Positions 10,366 through 19,013 of a stretch of 64,000 nt of DNA are shown piece after piece. The DNA comes from an uncultured bacterium. Lineage in GTDB: Bacteria; Bacillota_I; Bacilli_A; RFN20; CAG-826. Position 1 is the stretch's first letter, and every line of letters starts with the position of its first letter. The translations under genes were made by a program, and so were the position numbers. Below the pieces are notes generated by a model that searched no databases, was not told where the DNA came from, and saw only the letters and a list, made by a program, of their open reading frames with translations. The DNA is taken from assembly GCA_949285665.1 (NCBI GenBank), contig CASDYC010000001.1, positions 5,376 through 69,375 of the forward strand, given 5' to 3'.

Positions 10366-10439
10366 TGGCGGGGAATATAGGAATCGAACCCATATCAACG
10401 GTTTTGGAGACCGCTGCTCTACCATTAAACTAATTCCCC
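10366..10439 (-). tRNA. tRNA-Trp (anticodon CCA)
   Basis: 74-nt cloverleaf on the minus strand: GGGGAAT acceptor stem, anticodon loop CTCCAAA, T-arm ATGGG-TTCGATT-CCTAT, 3' GCCA. The CCA anticodon reads only UGG, consistent with the standard code. Confidence 0.85.
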
Positions 10440-10495
10440 AAAGAAAACAAGCCTAATAATTATACTACAATATTAGGCTTTTTTAATTAAAAAAA

Positions 10496-10921
10496 TTATT
10501 TTTTGATTAATTCAGAAACTTTTTTCATATCGACTCTTCCAGCATAATGAATTTTGAGATATTTCATCACAGAAGGTAGCGATTTATCTTCTAAAGAATC
10601 AATAATTTTTAAAATTTCACCATCTGTTAACATTTTTGGTAAAAAAGTTGAAATAATATTAATTTGATATTGAATGTCATCAACTTTTTGAGTGTTGTTA
10701 ACAGATAAATAACCTTGTTTTTCTTCTTCTAATTCTTTAATTGTTTTTTGAATTATTGATATAACTTCATTATCAGTAGGTTTATTTTCTACATGATTTT
10801 TATCAGAGGATAAAATCATGTATTTGTTTATGATAATACTCATTATACCTTTTTTTACATGATCTCTTTGTTTTATAGCATTTACATTTTCTCTTTTAAT
10901 TTCATCGATTAGCATAATCAA
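10496..10921 (-). CDS. GatB/YqeY domain protein
   Basis: 141 aa with an overall GatB_Yqey-like helical pattern. This call is from memory and has low specificity. Confidence 0.5.
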   Translation of the reverse strand: MIMLIDEIKRENVNAIKQRDHVKKGIMSIIINKYMILSSDKNHVENKPTDNEVISIIQKTIKELEEEKQGYLSVNNTQKVDDIQYQINIISTFLPKMLTDGEILKIIDSLEDKSLPSVMKYLKIHYAGRVDMKKVSELIKK

Positions 10922-10963
10922 TCCTCCGAAATAGTAAAGTTTTTTAATTTAATTTTTTAGTTA

Positions 10964-11317
10964 TTATAAAACTGTTTTCCAAAGTCCATGTAAATTACAA
11001 TATTCATAGACTTCAATAGCAACTTCACTTTCTGAAAGTTCAAAAACAGCTTTTGGTTCATCACCTGGATTTAATTCTTTTATATGAATTTCTTTATTTG
11101 TTTTTAATAAAATAAATTCAATATAGTGATTATCTAACATTGGATGTAATACTTCTCCAACATCAACAAGAATCTTATTTCCTTCTTTTTTAACAAATGG
11201 AACATGTTTTTCTAAAGCACCATCTGTTGTGTTTGCTGTGATTTCTTTTAAACAATCTAAATTTTGTTCGACAGAACTTAATACAATTTTATTGTCTTTT
11301 GTTTTATAAAATTTCAT
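10964..11317 (-). CDS. superoxide reductase (desulfoferrodoxin/neelaredoxin family, class III-like without an N-terminal Cys4 site)
   Basis: Centre-II ligand motifs EKHVP, HPM and NHYIE, and the highly diagnostic C-terminal CNLHGLW. Confidence 0.75.
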   Translation of the reverse strand: MKFYKTKDNKIVLSSVEQNLDCLKEITANTTDGALEKHVPFVKKEGNKILVDVGEVLHPMLDNHYIEFILLKTNKEIHIKELNPGDEPKAVFELSESEVAIEVYEYCNLHGLWKTVL

Positions 11318-11376
11318 AAATAACCTCCCATTACATTTATTATTACATAATTATTTTTTATTATTCAATAATATGC

Positions 11377-13293
11377 TTATTTATTTAATGATTTTAACAT
11401 TAATTCAGTTAATAATTTAGAAAAATTCTCTGGATCTTTAATTTGGAAACCTTGAATTAACATTGCTTGATCATATAACAAATTAGAATAGAAACTAATA
11501 TCTTCATCGTTCAATAATGTTGATAAATTTTTAAATAATTCATGATTTGGATTAATTTCTAATACTTTAATAGCTTTATGTTTTTCATCACTTCCAGGCA
11601 TGTTATTTAAAGTGTTTTCCATTTCAAGAGTTAAACCTTCTTTATTAGAAAGGCAAACAGGAGCAGTTGTTAATTTTGAAGAAATAACAACGTCATCGAC
11701 TTTATCTTTTAAAGAATTTTTAATTTTATCTAATAATTGTTTGTTTTGATTGTTTAAATCTTCGATTTTCTTTTTTTCTTCATCATTTAAAATGTCAATT
11801 TCTTCATTTGTAATAGATTTAAATTCTTTTCCATTATAATCTTTCATCATCATGAAACAGAATTCATCTACTGGTTGAGTTAAGAATAAAACATCATAAC
11901 CTTTTTTCTTAAATATATCGATCTGTGGCATTAAATTTATTGCTTCGTTTGTTGAGCCAGCAGCATAGTATATATATTTTTGATCCTTTTGCATTTTATC
12001 GATATATTCTTTTAAAGATATTGATTTTTCTTGATTATTTAATGATTTATAAATTAACAAATCTTGTAATTCATCTTTCTTAGAGCCATAACTTGTATAA
12101 ATACCGTATTTTAAGTGACTTCCATAAAGATCGAAGAATTTATTATATTTATCAAAGTTATTATCCTTTAATTTTTTCAATTCAGTAATAACTTTTGATT
12201 CAATACTATCTTTAATTCTTCTTAATTGAGCAGTTTGTTGTAAAATTTCTCTCGAGATATTTAAAGAAAGATCATCTGAATCTACTAAACCTTTAATAAA
12301 TTTTAAATAATCAGGAACCAATTCTTTAACTTTATCTTTAATAAATACACCTTTGACATATAAAGTTAATCCTTTTTCATAATTTTCGCTGTATAAATCA
12401 TAAGGAGCATGTGATGGAATAAAAATTAAAGATTTATAAGACATCATGCCTTCAACATTTATATTTAGTGATAAAAGAGGATCTTCAAAATCATAAAATT
12501 TATTCTTATAAAATTCATTTAATTCTTGTTCAGTGACTTCTTTTTTGTTTTTCTTCCAAAGAGGTATCATTGAATTTAATGTCTTGATTTCTTTTTCATC
12601 ATGATATTTATTTTCGATTGGTTTTCCATCTTTATCTAAATCTTGTTTGGATACAGTGACTTCCATTTTAATTGGATATCTGATGTAATCAGAGTATTTT
12701 TTAACTAAATCCTCAAGTTCGTATTGTTCTAAATATTGTGAATAATTTTCTTCTTTTGTATCATCTTTTAAATAAATGTTTACTTTAGTTCCAAAATTTT
12801 CTGTTTCAAATTCATCAATAGTGTATGAATCTTCGCCATCAGACTCAAAAGTATAACCTTTCTCATCTTTATATGATCTAGTTATAACTTGAATCTTTTT
12901 AGCAACCATAAAAGCACTATAAAAACCAACACCAAATTGACCAATAATATCAATATTATTTGAATCTTTCAATTGAGCTAATTTTTCTAAAAATTCCTTA
13001 GAACCAGATTTAGCAATAGTACCTAAATTTTCAATTAATTCATTTTTAGTCATACCAATTCCATTATCAGAAATTGTTAAGACTCTATTCTTTTTATCAA
13101 CTGAAATATCGATTTCATAATTTCTATCTTTAAGTTTTGAATTACTCATTAAGACATCATAGTGATATTTATCTATTGCATCGGATGCATTAGAGATAAT
13201 TTCTCTTAGAAATATATCTTTATTACTATAAATTGAGTTTATCATTAAATTTAATAATTGTTTTGATTCTGCTTGAAATTTCATTTTTTCCAT
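11377..13293 (-). CDS. htpG: molecular chaperone HtpG (Hsp90)
   Basis: 638 aa. GHKL ATPase N-terminus with NKDIFLREIISNASDAIDK and the IGQFGVGFYSAFMVA glycine-rich box. CIRCE element upstream. Confidence 0.9.
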   Translation of the reverse strand: MEKMKFQAESKQLLNLMINSIYSNKDIFLREIISNASDAIDKYHYDVLMSNSKLKDRNYEIDISVDKKNRVLTISDNGIGMTKNELIENLGTIAKSGSKEFLEKLAQLKDSNNIDIIGQFGVGFYSAFMVAKKIQVITRSYKDEKGYTFESDGEDSYTIDEFETENFGTKVNIYLKDDTKEENYSQYLEQYELEDLVKKYSDYIRYPIKMEVTVSKQDLDKDGKPIENKYHDEKEIKTLNSMIPLWKKNKKEVTEQELNEFYKNKFYDFEDPLLSLNINVEGMMSYKSLIFIPSHAPYDLYSENYEKGLTLYVKGVFIKDKVKELVPDYLKFIKGLVDSDDLSLNISREILQQTAQLRRIKDSIESKVITELKKLKDNNFDKYNKFFDLYGSHLKYGIYTSYGSKKDELQDLLIYKSLNNQEKSISLKEYIDKMQKDQKYIYYAAGSTNEAINLMPQIDIFKKKGYDVLFLTQPVDEFCFMMMKDYNGKEFKSITNEEIDILNDEEKKKIEDLNNQNKQLLDKIKNSLKDKVDDVVISSKLTTAPVCLSNKEGLTLEMENTLNNMPGSDEKHKAIKVLEINPNHELFKNLSTLLNDEDISFYSNLLYDQAMLIQGFQIKDPENFSKLLTELMLKSLNK

Positions 13294-13338
13294 AAAAATT
13301 TCCTCCTAAATAAATAACATAATTATTATAGTCCCTTT

Positions 13339-13365
13339 TTAGCACTTGTCAATAAAGAGTGCTAA
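13339..13365. promoter_or_regulatory. CIRCE (HrcA operator) upstream of htpG
   Basis: TTAGCACTT-N9-GAGTGCTAA matches the CIRCE consensus TTAGCACTC-N9-GAGTGCTAA. It lies about 45 bp upstream of the htpG start. Confidence 0.8.
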
Positions 13366-13453
13366 AAATAAAACTTTTTATTTCTTATTAAAAAAATGTT
13401 AATATATTTAAGATTAAATTTATGCGTTTAATTTGTTTTTAGGGAGAAAATTT

Positions 13454-13684
13454 ATGGAAAAAATTGATCAAATAGTTAATGAAATGAAAGAAAAATTTGA
13501 AATTAAAGATTTAAATTTAAATGCATCTTTAACTGATTTACAAATTGATTCATTAGATGTTGTAGAATTTTTATTAGGATTAGAAGAAAAATATAATATT
13601 AATTTAGATCTTTCTTCTGAAGAAATGAACAATCTCAAAACGGCAGGAGATTTAATTAATTTAATTAAAGAAAAAATCAAATAA
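13454..13684 (+). CDS. acyl carrier protein
   Basis: 76 aa. AGGGAGA RBS 7 nt before the ATG at 13454. Phosphopantetheine attachment motif QIDSLDVVEF. Confidence 0.7.
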   Translation: MEKIDQIVNEMKEKFEIKDLNLNASLTDLQIDSLDVVEFLLGLEEKYNINLDLSSEEMNNLKTAGDLINLIKEKIK

Positions 13685-13687
13685 TTC

Positions 13688-13716
13688 TTGCAATTAATGT
13701 GCTTGTAAAATATAAT
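13688..13716 (+). promoter_or_regulatory. sigma70-type promoter for the tRNA cluster
   Basis: TTGCAA, a 17-nt spacer, then TATAAT. It ends about 20 nt upstream of tRNA-Asn. Confidence 0.55.
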
Positions 13717-13734
13717 AATTAAGCACGTTTGGAT

Positions 13735-13810
13735 GCCTACTTAGCTCAGTCGGTAGAGCAATCGGCTGTTAACCGATCGGTCGTGGGTTCGAGTCCCTCA
13801 GTAGGCGCCA
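13735..13810 (+). tRNA. tRNA-Asn (anticodon GTT)
   Basis: 76 nt. Acceptor GCCTACT/AGTAGGC, anticodon stem ATCGG/CCGAT, loop CTGTTAA, T-loop TTCGAGT, 3' GCCA. Confidence 0.85.
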
Positions 13811-13818
13811 TTCTTTGC

Positions 13819-13895
13819 GGCCCGTTGGAGAAGTGACTTAACTCACATGCCTTTCACGCATGCATTCATGGGTTTGAATCCCGTACGGGTCACCA
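13819..13895 (+). tRNA. tRNA-Glu (anticodon TTC)
   Basis: 77 nt. Acceptor GGCCCGT/ACGGGTC and the T-arm/3' end (GGGTTTGAATCCCGTACGGGTCACCA) closely resemble Bacillus-type tRNA-Glu. Anticodon stem CATGC/GCATG, loop CTTTCAC. 3-bp D-stem with an A13-A22 mismatch. Confidence 0.75.
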
Positions 13896-13960
13896 ATTTA
13901 AAAATTACAACGCCATTATTGCAAAATAATGGCGTTTTATATTTATTAATGTAATAAAAT

Positions 13961-14036
13961 GCCTACTTAGCTCAGCTGGTAGAGCAACTCATTCGTAATG
14001 AGTAGGTCAATGGTTCGAAACCGTTAGTAGGCACCA
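13961..14036 (+). tRNA. tRNA-Thr (anticodon CGT)
   Basis: 76 nt. The same acceptor and D arm as the tRNA-Asn copy. Anticodon stem ACTCA/TGAGT, loop TTCGTAA, T-loop TTCGAAA, 3' ACCA. Confidence 0.8.
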
Positions 14037-14047
14037 TAAAATATATC

Positions 14048-14075
14048 AATATCGGTTTTAAATCGATATTTTTTA
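14048..14075 (+). terminator. intrinsic terminator after the tRNA cluster
   Basis: AATATCG / CGATATT 7-bp stem with a 9-nt loop, followed by a T-run. Confidence 0.6.
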
Positions 14076-14119
14076 ATTTAAAATATTCTATGTGAAAAAC
14101 TTAAGAAAGAAGAAGTAAT

Positions 14120-14878
14120 ATGGCGCGTTTAGATATTTGTTTTTATAGTTGTATTTTAAAAAGAGATGTTAATTTTATTCTTATTTATCCAAGTCTTGCA
14201 TGTGGTAATGCCGGTGATTATAGAGAAAATTTTTATCAAGACAATAAAGAAAATAAATTTCCTTTATTGTTATTATTTCATGGATATGGTGGCAATTATA
14301 TGGCATATGAAAGATTTAGTAAAATAGATATGTACGCCGAAGAAAATAATATTGCTGTATGTATGATATCTGGAGAAAATAAATCATATTTAAATAAAGG
14401 AAGTAGTGATAACTTTTATGATTTTATTGAAACAGAATTAAAAGATTATTTATATGGTAACTTTAATATATCACCAAAGAAAGAAGATAATTTTATTGCT
14501 GGTTTATCAATGGGAGGATTCGGAGCATTATATCATGGCCTTTCAAATCCAGATGCGTATGCAGAAATTGGTGCTTTTTCTCCAGGAATTACTATGAGAA
14601 GAATAAATAAAAATAAAGAATCTACTTTAAAATCTTTAGTAATTAAAAATAAAAACAACTTACCTAGAATTTATATTTCTTGTGGAGAAAAAGATAATAT
14701 TGTAAAAGATGAAGTAGAAGATTTTATTTTATTTTTAAAAAAGAAGTATATTCATTTTGATTATAAGTGGTATAAAAATTATGATCATGAATGGAGATTA
14801 TGGGATAAAGAAATCGAAAATTTCATTAAAAAAATAAAAAGAACCGATTATTATAAAAATTCAAAAAAGAATGTTTAA
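14120..14878 (+). CDS. alpha/beta-hydrolase esterase
   Basis: LLLLFHGYGG oxyanion-region motif and the nucleophile elbow GLSMGGFGA (GxSxG). Confidence 0.6.
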   Translation: MARLDICFYSCILKRDVNFILIYPSLACGNAGDYRENFYQDNKENKFPLLLLFHGYGGNYMAYERFSKIDMYAEENNIAVCMISGENKSYLNKGSSDNFYDFIETELKDYLYGNFNISPKKEDNFIAGLSMGGFGALYHGLSNPDAYAEIGAFSPGITMRRINKNKESTLKSLVIKNKNNLPRIYISCGEKDNIVKDEVEDFILFLKKKYIHFDYKWYKNYDHEWRLWDKEIENFIKKIKRTDYYKNSKKNV

Positions 14879-14901
14879 TTTAAAAAATATTGAGGTTTTG
14901 C

Positions 14902-15534
14902 TTAGTTTTTTGAACTTAAACTCACAATTTTATTATTAAAAATAATTAAATAAACTAAATTATAAATTATAAAAACTAAGTTTAAACACATTAAAACGAG
15001 TGTTAATAATTTATAATTGATTAATGAAAATAAACTAATTAATACAATATTTGAAATTAATAATAATGGTAATAGTATAAATGAGGTAATATTAAACTTT
15101 TTATTTGAAACCTTTTTTAAATCAAGAAATTTTCCACATACTAATATAATATTAAATAAGAAACATAATATTGGAACTTGATACAATAAATCATTATTAT
15201 TAAATGCATAAGTAGCTATTAAAGAATAAATAGATAATATAAAAATGAGTAACAAATATGATATGTTATAAAATTTTAAAAAATTATAAGATAATATAAC
15301 TAACAAACATGAAACAATAAATAAACACATACTTACTTTTACAAAATTATCTAAATAAATTGTGCCAATAGCTACACCTAGTAAAATTATAATTACAAAC
15401 ATTAAAATAAGAGAACCATTAGGGTGAACTTTATTTGCAAAACGTTGCTTCCTTGTTAATTCAATTCTATCATCAATTTCTTTATCGCTATTTTCAGTTT
15501 CTTTTAAAATTTTATCTTTATTATTTTCTTCCAT
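14902..15534 (-). CDS. polytopic membrane protein, hypothetical
   Basis: 210 aa. Acidic N-terminus followed by 5-6 hydrophobic helices. Confidence 0.4.
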   Translation of the reverse strand: MEENNKDKILKETENSDKEIDDRIELTRKQRFANKVHPNGSLILMFVIIILLGVAIGTIYLDNFVKVSMCLFIVSCLLVILSYNFLKFYNISYLLLIFILSIYSLIATYAFNNNDLLYQVPILCFLFNIILVCGKFLDLKKVSNKKFNITSFILLPLLLISNIVLISLFSLINYKLLTLVLMCLNLVFIIYNLVYLIIFNNKIVSLSSKN

Positions 15535-15614
15535 ATGTAAAATTATAGTTTAAAATTGTTATCTTATAAATAAAAACTTTTATGAATTAAAGTTATATAG
15601 TAAAATAGTTTCGT

Positions 15615-15688
15615 GCATCATTAGTTCAATGGTAGAACCTTGGCTTCCCAAGCCAATGATACGAGTTCGATTCTCGCATGGTGCTCCA
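15615..15688 (+). tRNA. tRNA-Gly (anticodon CCC), the prophage integration target
   Basis: 74 nt. Acceptor GCATCAT/ATGGTGC (one G-U pair), D-stem GTTC/GAAC, anticodon stem TTGGC/GCCAA, loop TTCCCAA, T-loop TTCGATT with an A49-C65 mismatch, discriminator U, CCA. The 3' 18 nt are duplicated at attR. Confidence 0.75.
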
Positions 15689-15780
15689 AATGATATAAAA
15701 TGCCGATTTTATCGGCTTTTTTTGTTGCTTGGGGGTTATTTGGGGGTTATTTTGGGGGTTATTTGTTTTTTACGTTGACA
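15671..15780. repeat. attL: 110-bp direct repeat (tRNA-Gly 3' end, terminator, 3x GGGGGTTATTT and ACGTTGACA)
   Basis: Near-identical (about 95%) to 61226-61334. The differences are one 5-6-nt block (gttgct versus attct) and one T indel. Confidence 0.85.
15698..15723 (+). terminator. intrinsic terminator after tRNA-Gly (inside the att repeat)
   Basis: GCCGAT ttt ATCGGC stem-loop followed by T7. A copy lies in attR at 61253-61278. Confidence 0.6.
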
Positions 15781-15810
15781 GTAGTGTCAACATTTAAAAT
15801 AATTTAAAAT

Positions 15811-16113
15811 ATGTCAACTTTAATTTATAATTATTACATGAATAATTATTTAACACTTGAAGAATTTGAAAAAGAATTGCTAAAAGATGATGATTTTAAA
15901 GTTGTTTATAAATCAAGTCAAATGGTCGCTAAAATAATTTATTCTTTATCAAATTTTAGAAAAAGTAATGGAATAAGCCAAGAACAATTATCTTCTAAAA
16001 TAGGCATTTCACAAAAAGTAATTAGTAATATCGAACGTTTAAAAGTATCTCCTAATCTTGATACATTATGCAAAATGAAGATTGGTTTAGAAATATTGGT
16101 AAAAGAAAAATAA
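15811..16113 (+). CDS. XRE-family HTH protein (prophage left-end cargo)
   Basis: C-terminal HTH_XRE-like region (ISQEQLSSKIGISQKVISNIERLKVSPNLDTL). Confidence 0.45.
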   Translation: MSTLIYNYYMNNYLTLEEFEKELLKDDDFKVVYKSSQMVAKIIYSLSNFRKSNGISQEQLSSKIGISQKVISNIERLKVSPNLDTLCKMKIGLEILVKEK

Positions 16114-16131
16114 TTATATTAAAATATTTAC

Positions 16132-17130
16132 ATGAAAAATGTGAATAAAACCATTAATTTAATGATTAATAAATCCAAAGCTAATTTTCTTTACGCTATC
16201 GAAACTTTTAATAAACCTAAATTAGAGACTAAATTAGAAATATTTTTATTTTTAATTTGTAATGCTTGGGAGCTGTTATTAAAATCAAAATTATTAAAAG
16301 AAAATAAAAGTATATTTTATAAAGATAAAAAACATAAAAGCAGAACCATTTCATTAAAAGAAGCGCTTTGTAAAGTAATTCCAGATGAAAGAGACAAAAT
16401 TAGAATAAATTTAGAAACAATAATTGGTTTTAGAAATTCTGCACAACATTTCATTATTCCAGAATATGCAAATTTTTTAAATGATATAATTATAGCCAAT
16501 GTTCTAAATTTTATTGATAAGTTTAAAGATTTTAATGGTGATAATTTAGTCGATTATTTTGACAATAATTTTATTAATATCTTTGTTCCTCATGAATATT
16601 CTAAAATTGAAATAGTTTCTAAATACGGGAAAGATGTTTACGACAATTTTATTAAAAAAGAAAAATATATAAATAACTTATTAGATAAAAGTTTAGATGT
16701 GGAAAATAACGTAGATAAAAGAATAGCTATTACTTACAATTTTAAAGCACAATTAGTTAAGCGAAATGCCGATTTAACAATTTCAAATAAATATGCAAAA
16801 GGGAAGAGCCTTTTCAATGCCGTTATGATTTCTAATGAAAACTATAAATCGGTATACCCTTATACTTGTAGTAAAATAATAAAATTGGTGAATGAACGAT
16901 GCCAAGAAGAAAATATTAGTTTTACTCCAGTGAGTGATAAAGCATCTAAAAATTTTAATAAACATACACTCCAAATTTATTTAAAAAAATATAACATTAA
17001 AAATAATAGAGAATTCAGTTTTGAATTATCGACTAATGATAAAAATAAAAGTTATTTATATTCAGTAAATCTTTTAGAGAAAATAATTTCTGATTTAAAA
17101 AGCGATCCAGATATTTTTATCAAAAAGTAG
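16132..17130 (+). CDS. hypothetical cargo protein (DUF3644-like N-terminal region; possible Abi/defence-type)
   Basis: 332 aa. N-terminal FLYAIETFNKPK...NAWELLLKSKLL...IIGFRNSAQH pattern, recalled as DUF3644-like. The gene sits between attL and int, the classic accessory-gene location. Confidence 0.35.
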   Translation: MKNVNKTINLMINKSKANFLYAIETFNKPKLETKLEIFLFLICNAWELLLKSKLLKENKSIFYKDKKHKSRTISLKEALCKVIPDERDKIRINLETIIGFRNSAQHFIIPEYANFLNDIIIANVLNFIDKFKDFNGDNLVDYFDNNFINIFVPHEYSKIEIVSKYGKDVYDNFIKKEKYINNLLDKSLDVENNVDKRIAITYNFKAQLVKRNADLTISNKYAKGKSLFNAVMISNENYKSVYPYTCSKIIKLVNERCQEENISFTPVSDKASKNFNKHTLQIYLKKYNIKNNREFSFELSTNDKNKSYLYSVNLLEKIISDLKSDPDIFIKK

Positions 17131-17253
17131 TTGAATAATCACAAATATATAGTATTATAATAATAGATTAACTTGTTGAAAGAGAATGCTGAAGTTGGCG
17201 GTGCCAGTAGTCGCAAGATTAGAATTCTTCTCGCACTTGGGGTTAATCTTTTT

Positions 17254-18360
17254 TTATACTAACTTATCAATTATGTCTTTATTTATATTTGGAAATAAAT
17301 GAGAATAAGTATCAAGAGTTTGTTGAGTTGAAGCATGTCTTAAGTGCTTTGATACAACTAAAATATTAACACCCTGGTTAATCATACGTGATGCCATTGA
17401 ATGCCGTAAACCGTGTTTTGTAATATGAGGAACTCCGGCAAGTTCAATATGAGCATCCATAACTCTTTTAATTGAAGTTCTTGAAGTGTGCTTAATAAAG
17501 AAAATATAATCATCTGGATTAGGGCAATTTTCTTCCTCATATATTTTTAACTCATCCATTAAGAAAGTTGGAAGTGTGACAGAGTTTGAAGAAGATGAGT
17601 TTTTAGTAGTTGCATCATGCCCATGCTTATCTAATTGGCGTTTAATAGAGATAGTTTTGTTTGCATAGTTTATATCTTTAAATTTAAGACCTAAAAGCTC
17701 TCCAATTCTTAAAGCGCCCCAGTAAGTAACTTCAAAAAGTAGTTTCCATTTTTTCTCATCTTCAGCAAAACTATTAATAAATTTGTTATATTCTTCCACA
17801 GTCCAAAATTGTAATTCTTTTTTAGGCTTTTTAGCTTCTTTAATTGGTTTTAAAAGAAGTTTGATTTTTCCACCCATTTCAAAAGAAAACATATCAAGAC
17901 TACAAGCATAGTCAATTACTGCTCTTAAAATAGCATAACCAAAATTAATCATTTTAGGGCATAAATCAACGCCTTGCATACTGACTTTATATTTATTTAC
18001 ACTTATTATAGATATCGCTTTATCAATAGGCTGTTTGATTTTAAAGTTAGGTTTTATATATTTGTTTATGAATAACTTTTGACTATATGCTGTTCCTTCT
18101 TTATTTGTTAGGTATTTTTCTTTAATATAGTCATTTAAGACATTATCAAGAGAATTTGCAACTCGACCATGGTAGTTTATTATTCTTTTCTTTTTATCTT
18201 CTTCAACAATTTCATCTTCAAGAAGTTTAAGTCTTTTTTTGCCAAACTCCGTAGTCCAGTTTTTATTTCTTATTTTAACTTTGGTAGTAGAACCATCGTA
18301 ATTATTAATATAGTATTGAATATAATATTGTTTTCTTTTTTTATCTAATATAATTGCCAT
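17254..18360 (-). CDS. int: tyrosine integrase (phage integrase family)
   Basis: 368 aa. C-terminal catalytic region HGLRHSMASRM...LRHASTQQTLDTYSHL with the R...HxxR...Y signature, plus ALRIGELLGL. Adjacent to attL. Confidence 0.85.
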   Translation of the reverse strand: MAIILDKKRKQYYIQYYINNYDGSTTKVKIRNKNWTTEFGKKRLKLLEDEIVEEDKKKRIINYHGRVANSLDNVLNDYIKEKYLTNKEGTAYSQKLFINKYIKPNFKIKQPIDKAISIISVNKYKVSMQGVDLCPKMINFGYAILRAVIDYACSLDMFSFEMGGKIKLLLKPIKEAKKPKKELQFWTVEEYNKFINSFAEDEKKWKLLFEVTYWGALRIGELLGLKFKDINYANKTISIKRQLDKHGHDATTKNSSSSNSVTLPTFLMDELKIYEEENCPNPDDYIFFIKHTSRTSIKRVMDAHIELAGVPHITKHGLRHSMASRMINQGVNILVVSKHLRHASTQQTLDTYSHLFPNINKDIIDKLV

Positions 18361-18508
18361 ATACCTTTTCTCCTAAAAATTTGATATAATGACAATGGAC
18401 ATTTAATTTCCATTGTCTTGTTGTGTATGAATTAAATTGTCTAATCCGCTTACTTGTTCAGGGTGTGGCGGATTTTTTATTTTTTAAATATATTTTGTTT
18501 TACCTCCT

Positions 18509-18853
18509 TTAACTATCATTAATTATAAAATCATTAATGAATTTACTAATTTTATTCAGTTCTTTTAAATCATCGATTTTTTCAATTAATTTATTAATTT
18601 CTTGTCTTTTTAAAATAACTTCTGAATCAATAATTCGTTCTCTTGTCTTAATACCTAAAATTGTTTCAATAGGCAAATGTAATGCTTGCGACAATAAGTA
18701 TATTGAGCCTCTTTTTATATTATCAATTTCTCCTGTTTCCCATCGTGAAACTGTGCTCTCACTTACATAACACATTTGAGCAACTTCTTTCATTGTTAAT
18801 TTTAATGAAATTCTTCGTTCTCTTAATATTTTTCCAACTTCGTTATTTTTCAT
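18509..18853 (-). CDS. CI-like repressor (HTH_XRE)
   Basis: 114 aa. N-terminal HTH (LTMKEVAQMCYVSESTVSRWETG). Divergent from a Cro-like gene, with operator repeats in between. Confidence 0.7.
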   Translation of the reverse strand: MKNNEVGKILRERRISLKLTMKEVAQMCYVSESTVSRWETGEIDNIKRGSIYLLSQALHLPIETILGIKTRERIIDSEVILKRQEINKLIEKIDDLKELNKISKFINDFIINDS

Positions 18854-18929
18854 TTTGCTTTTCCTTCATTTATATATTACTTAAATATTTGCGATTATGC
18901 AAGATATTTATATAAACTTTTTAAAAAAA

Positions 18930-18998
18930 CTTGCATTTTGATATTTACAACTAAAATTTAAAATGCTTTAATATTAGTAAGAACTTGCAAAATGCAAG
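18930..18998. promoter_or_regulatory. CI/Cro switch region: a half-site plus a full TTGCA-N3-TGCAA operator
   Basis: CTTGCATTTTG at 18930-18940 and the palindromic 15-mer CTTGCAAAATGCAAG at 18984-18998, in the divergent intergenic region. Confidence 0.55.
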
Positions 18999-19013
18999 AG
19001 TTGGGAGGTTAAA

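Noticed and set aside
15774-15791. GTTGACA-gtag-TGTCAAC as the crossover core
   Set aside because: The attR counterpart reads GTTGACA-tatg-TGTAATA, so the spacers are not identical. Direct-repeat identity stops exactly at GTTGACA, so the crossover lies further left.
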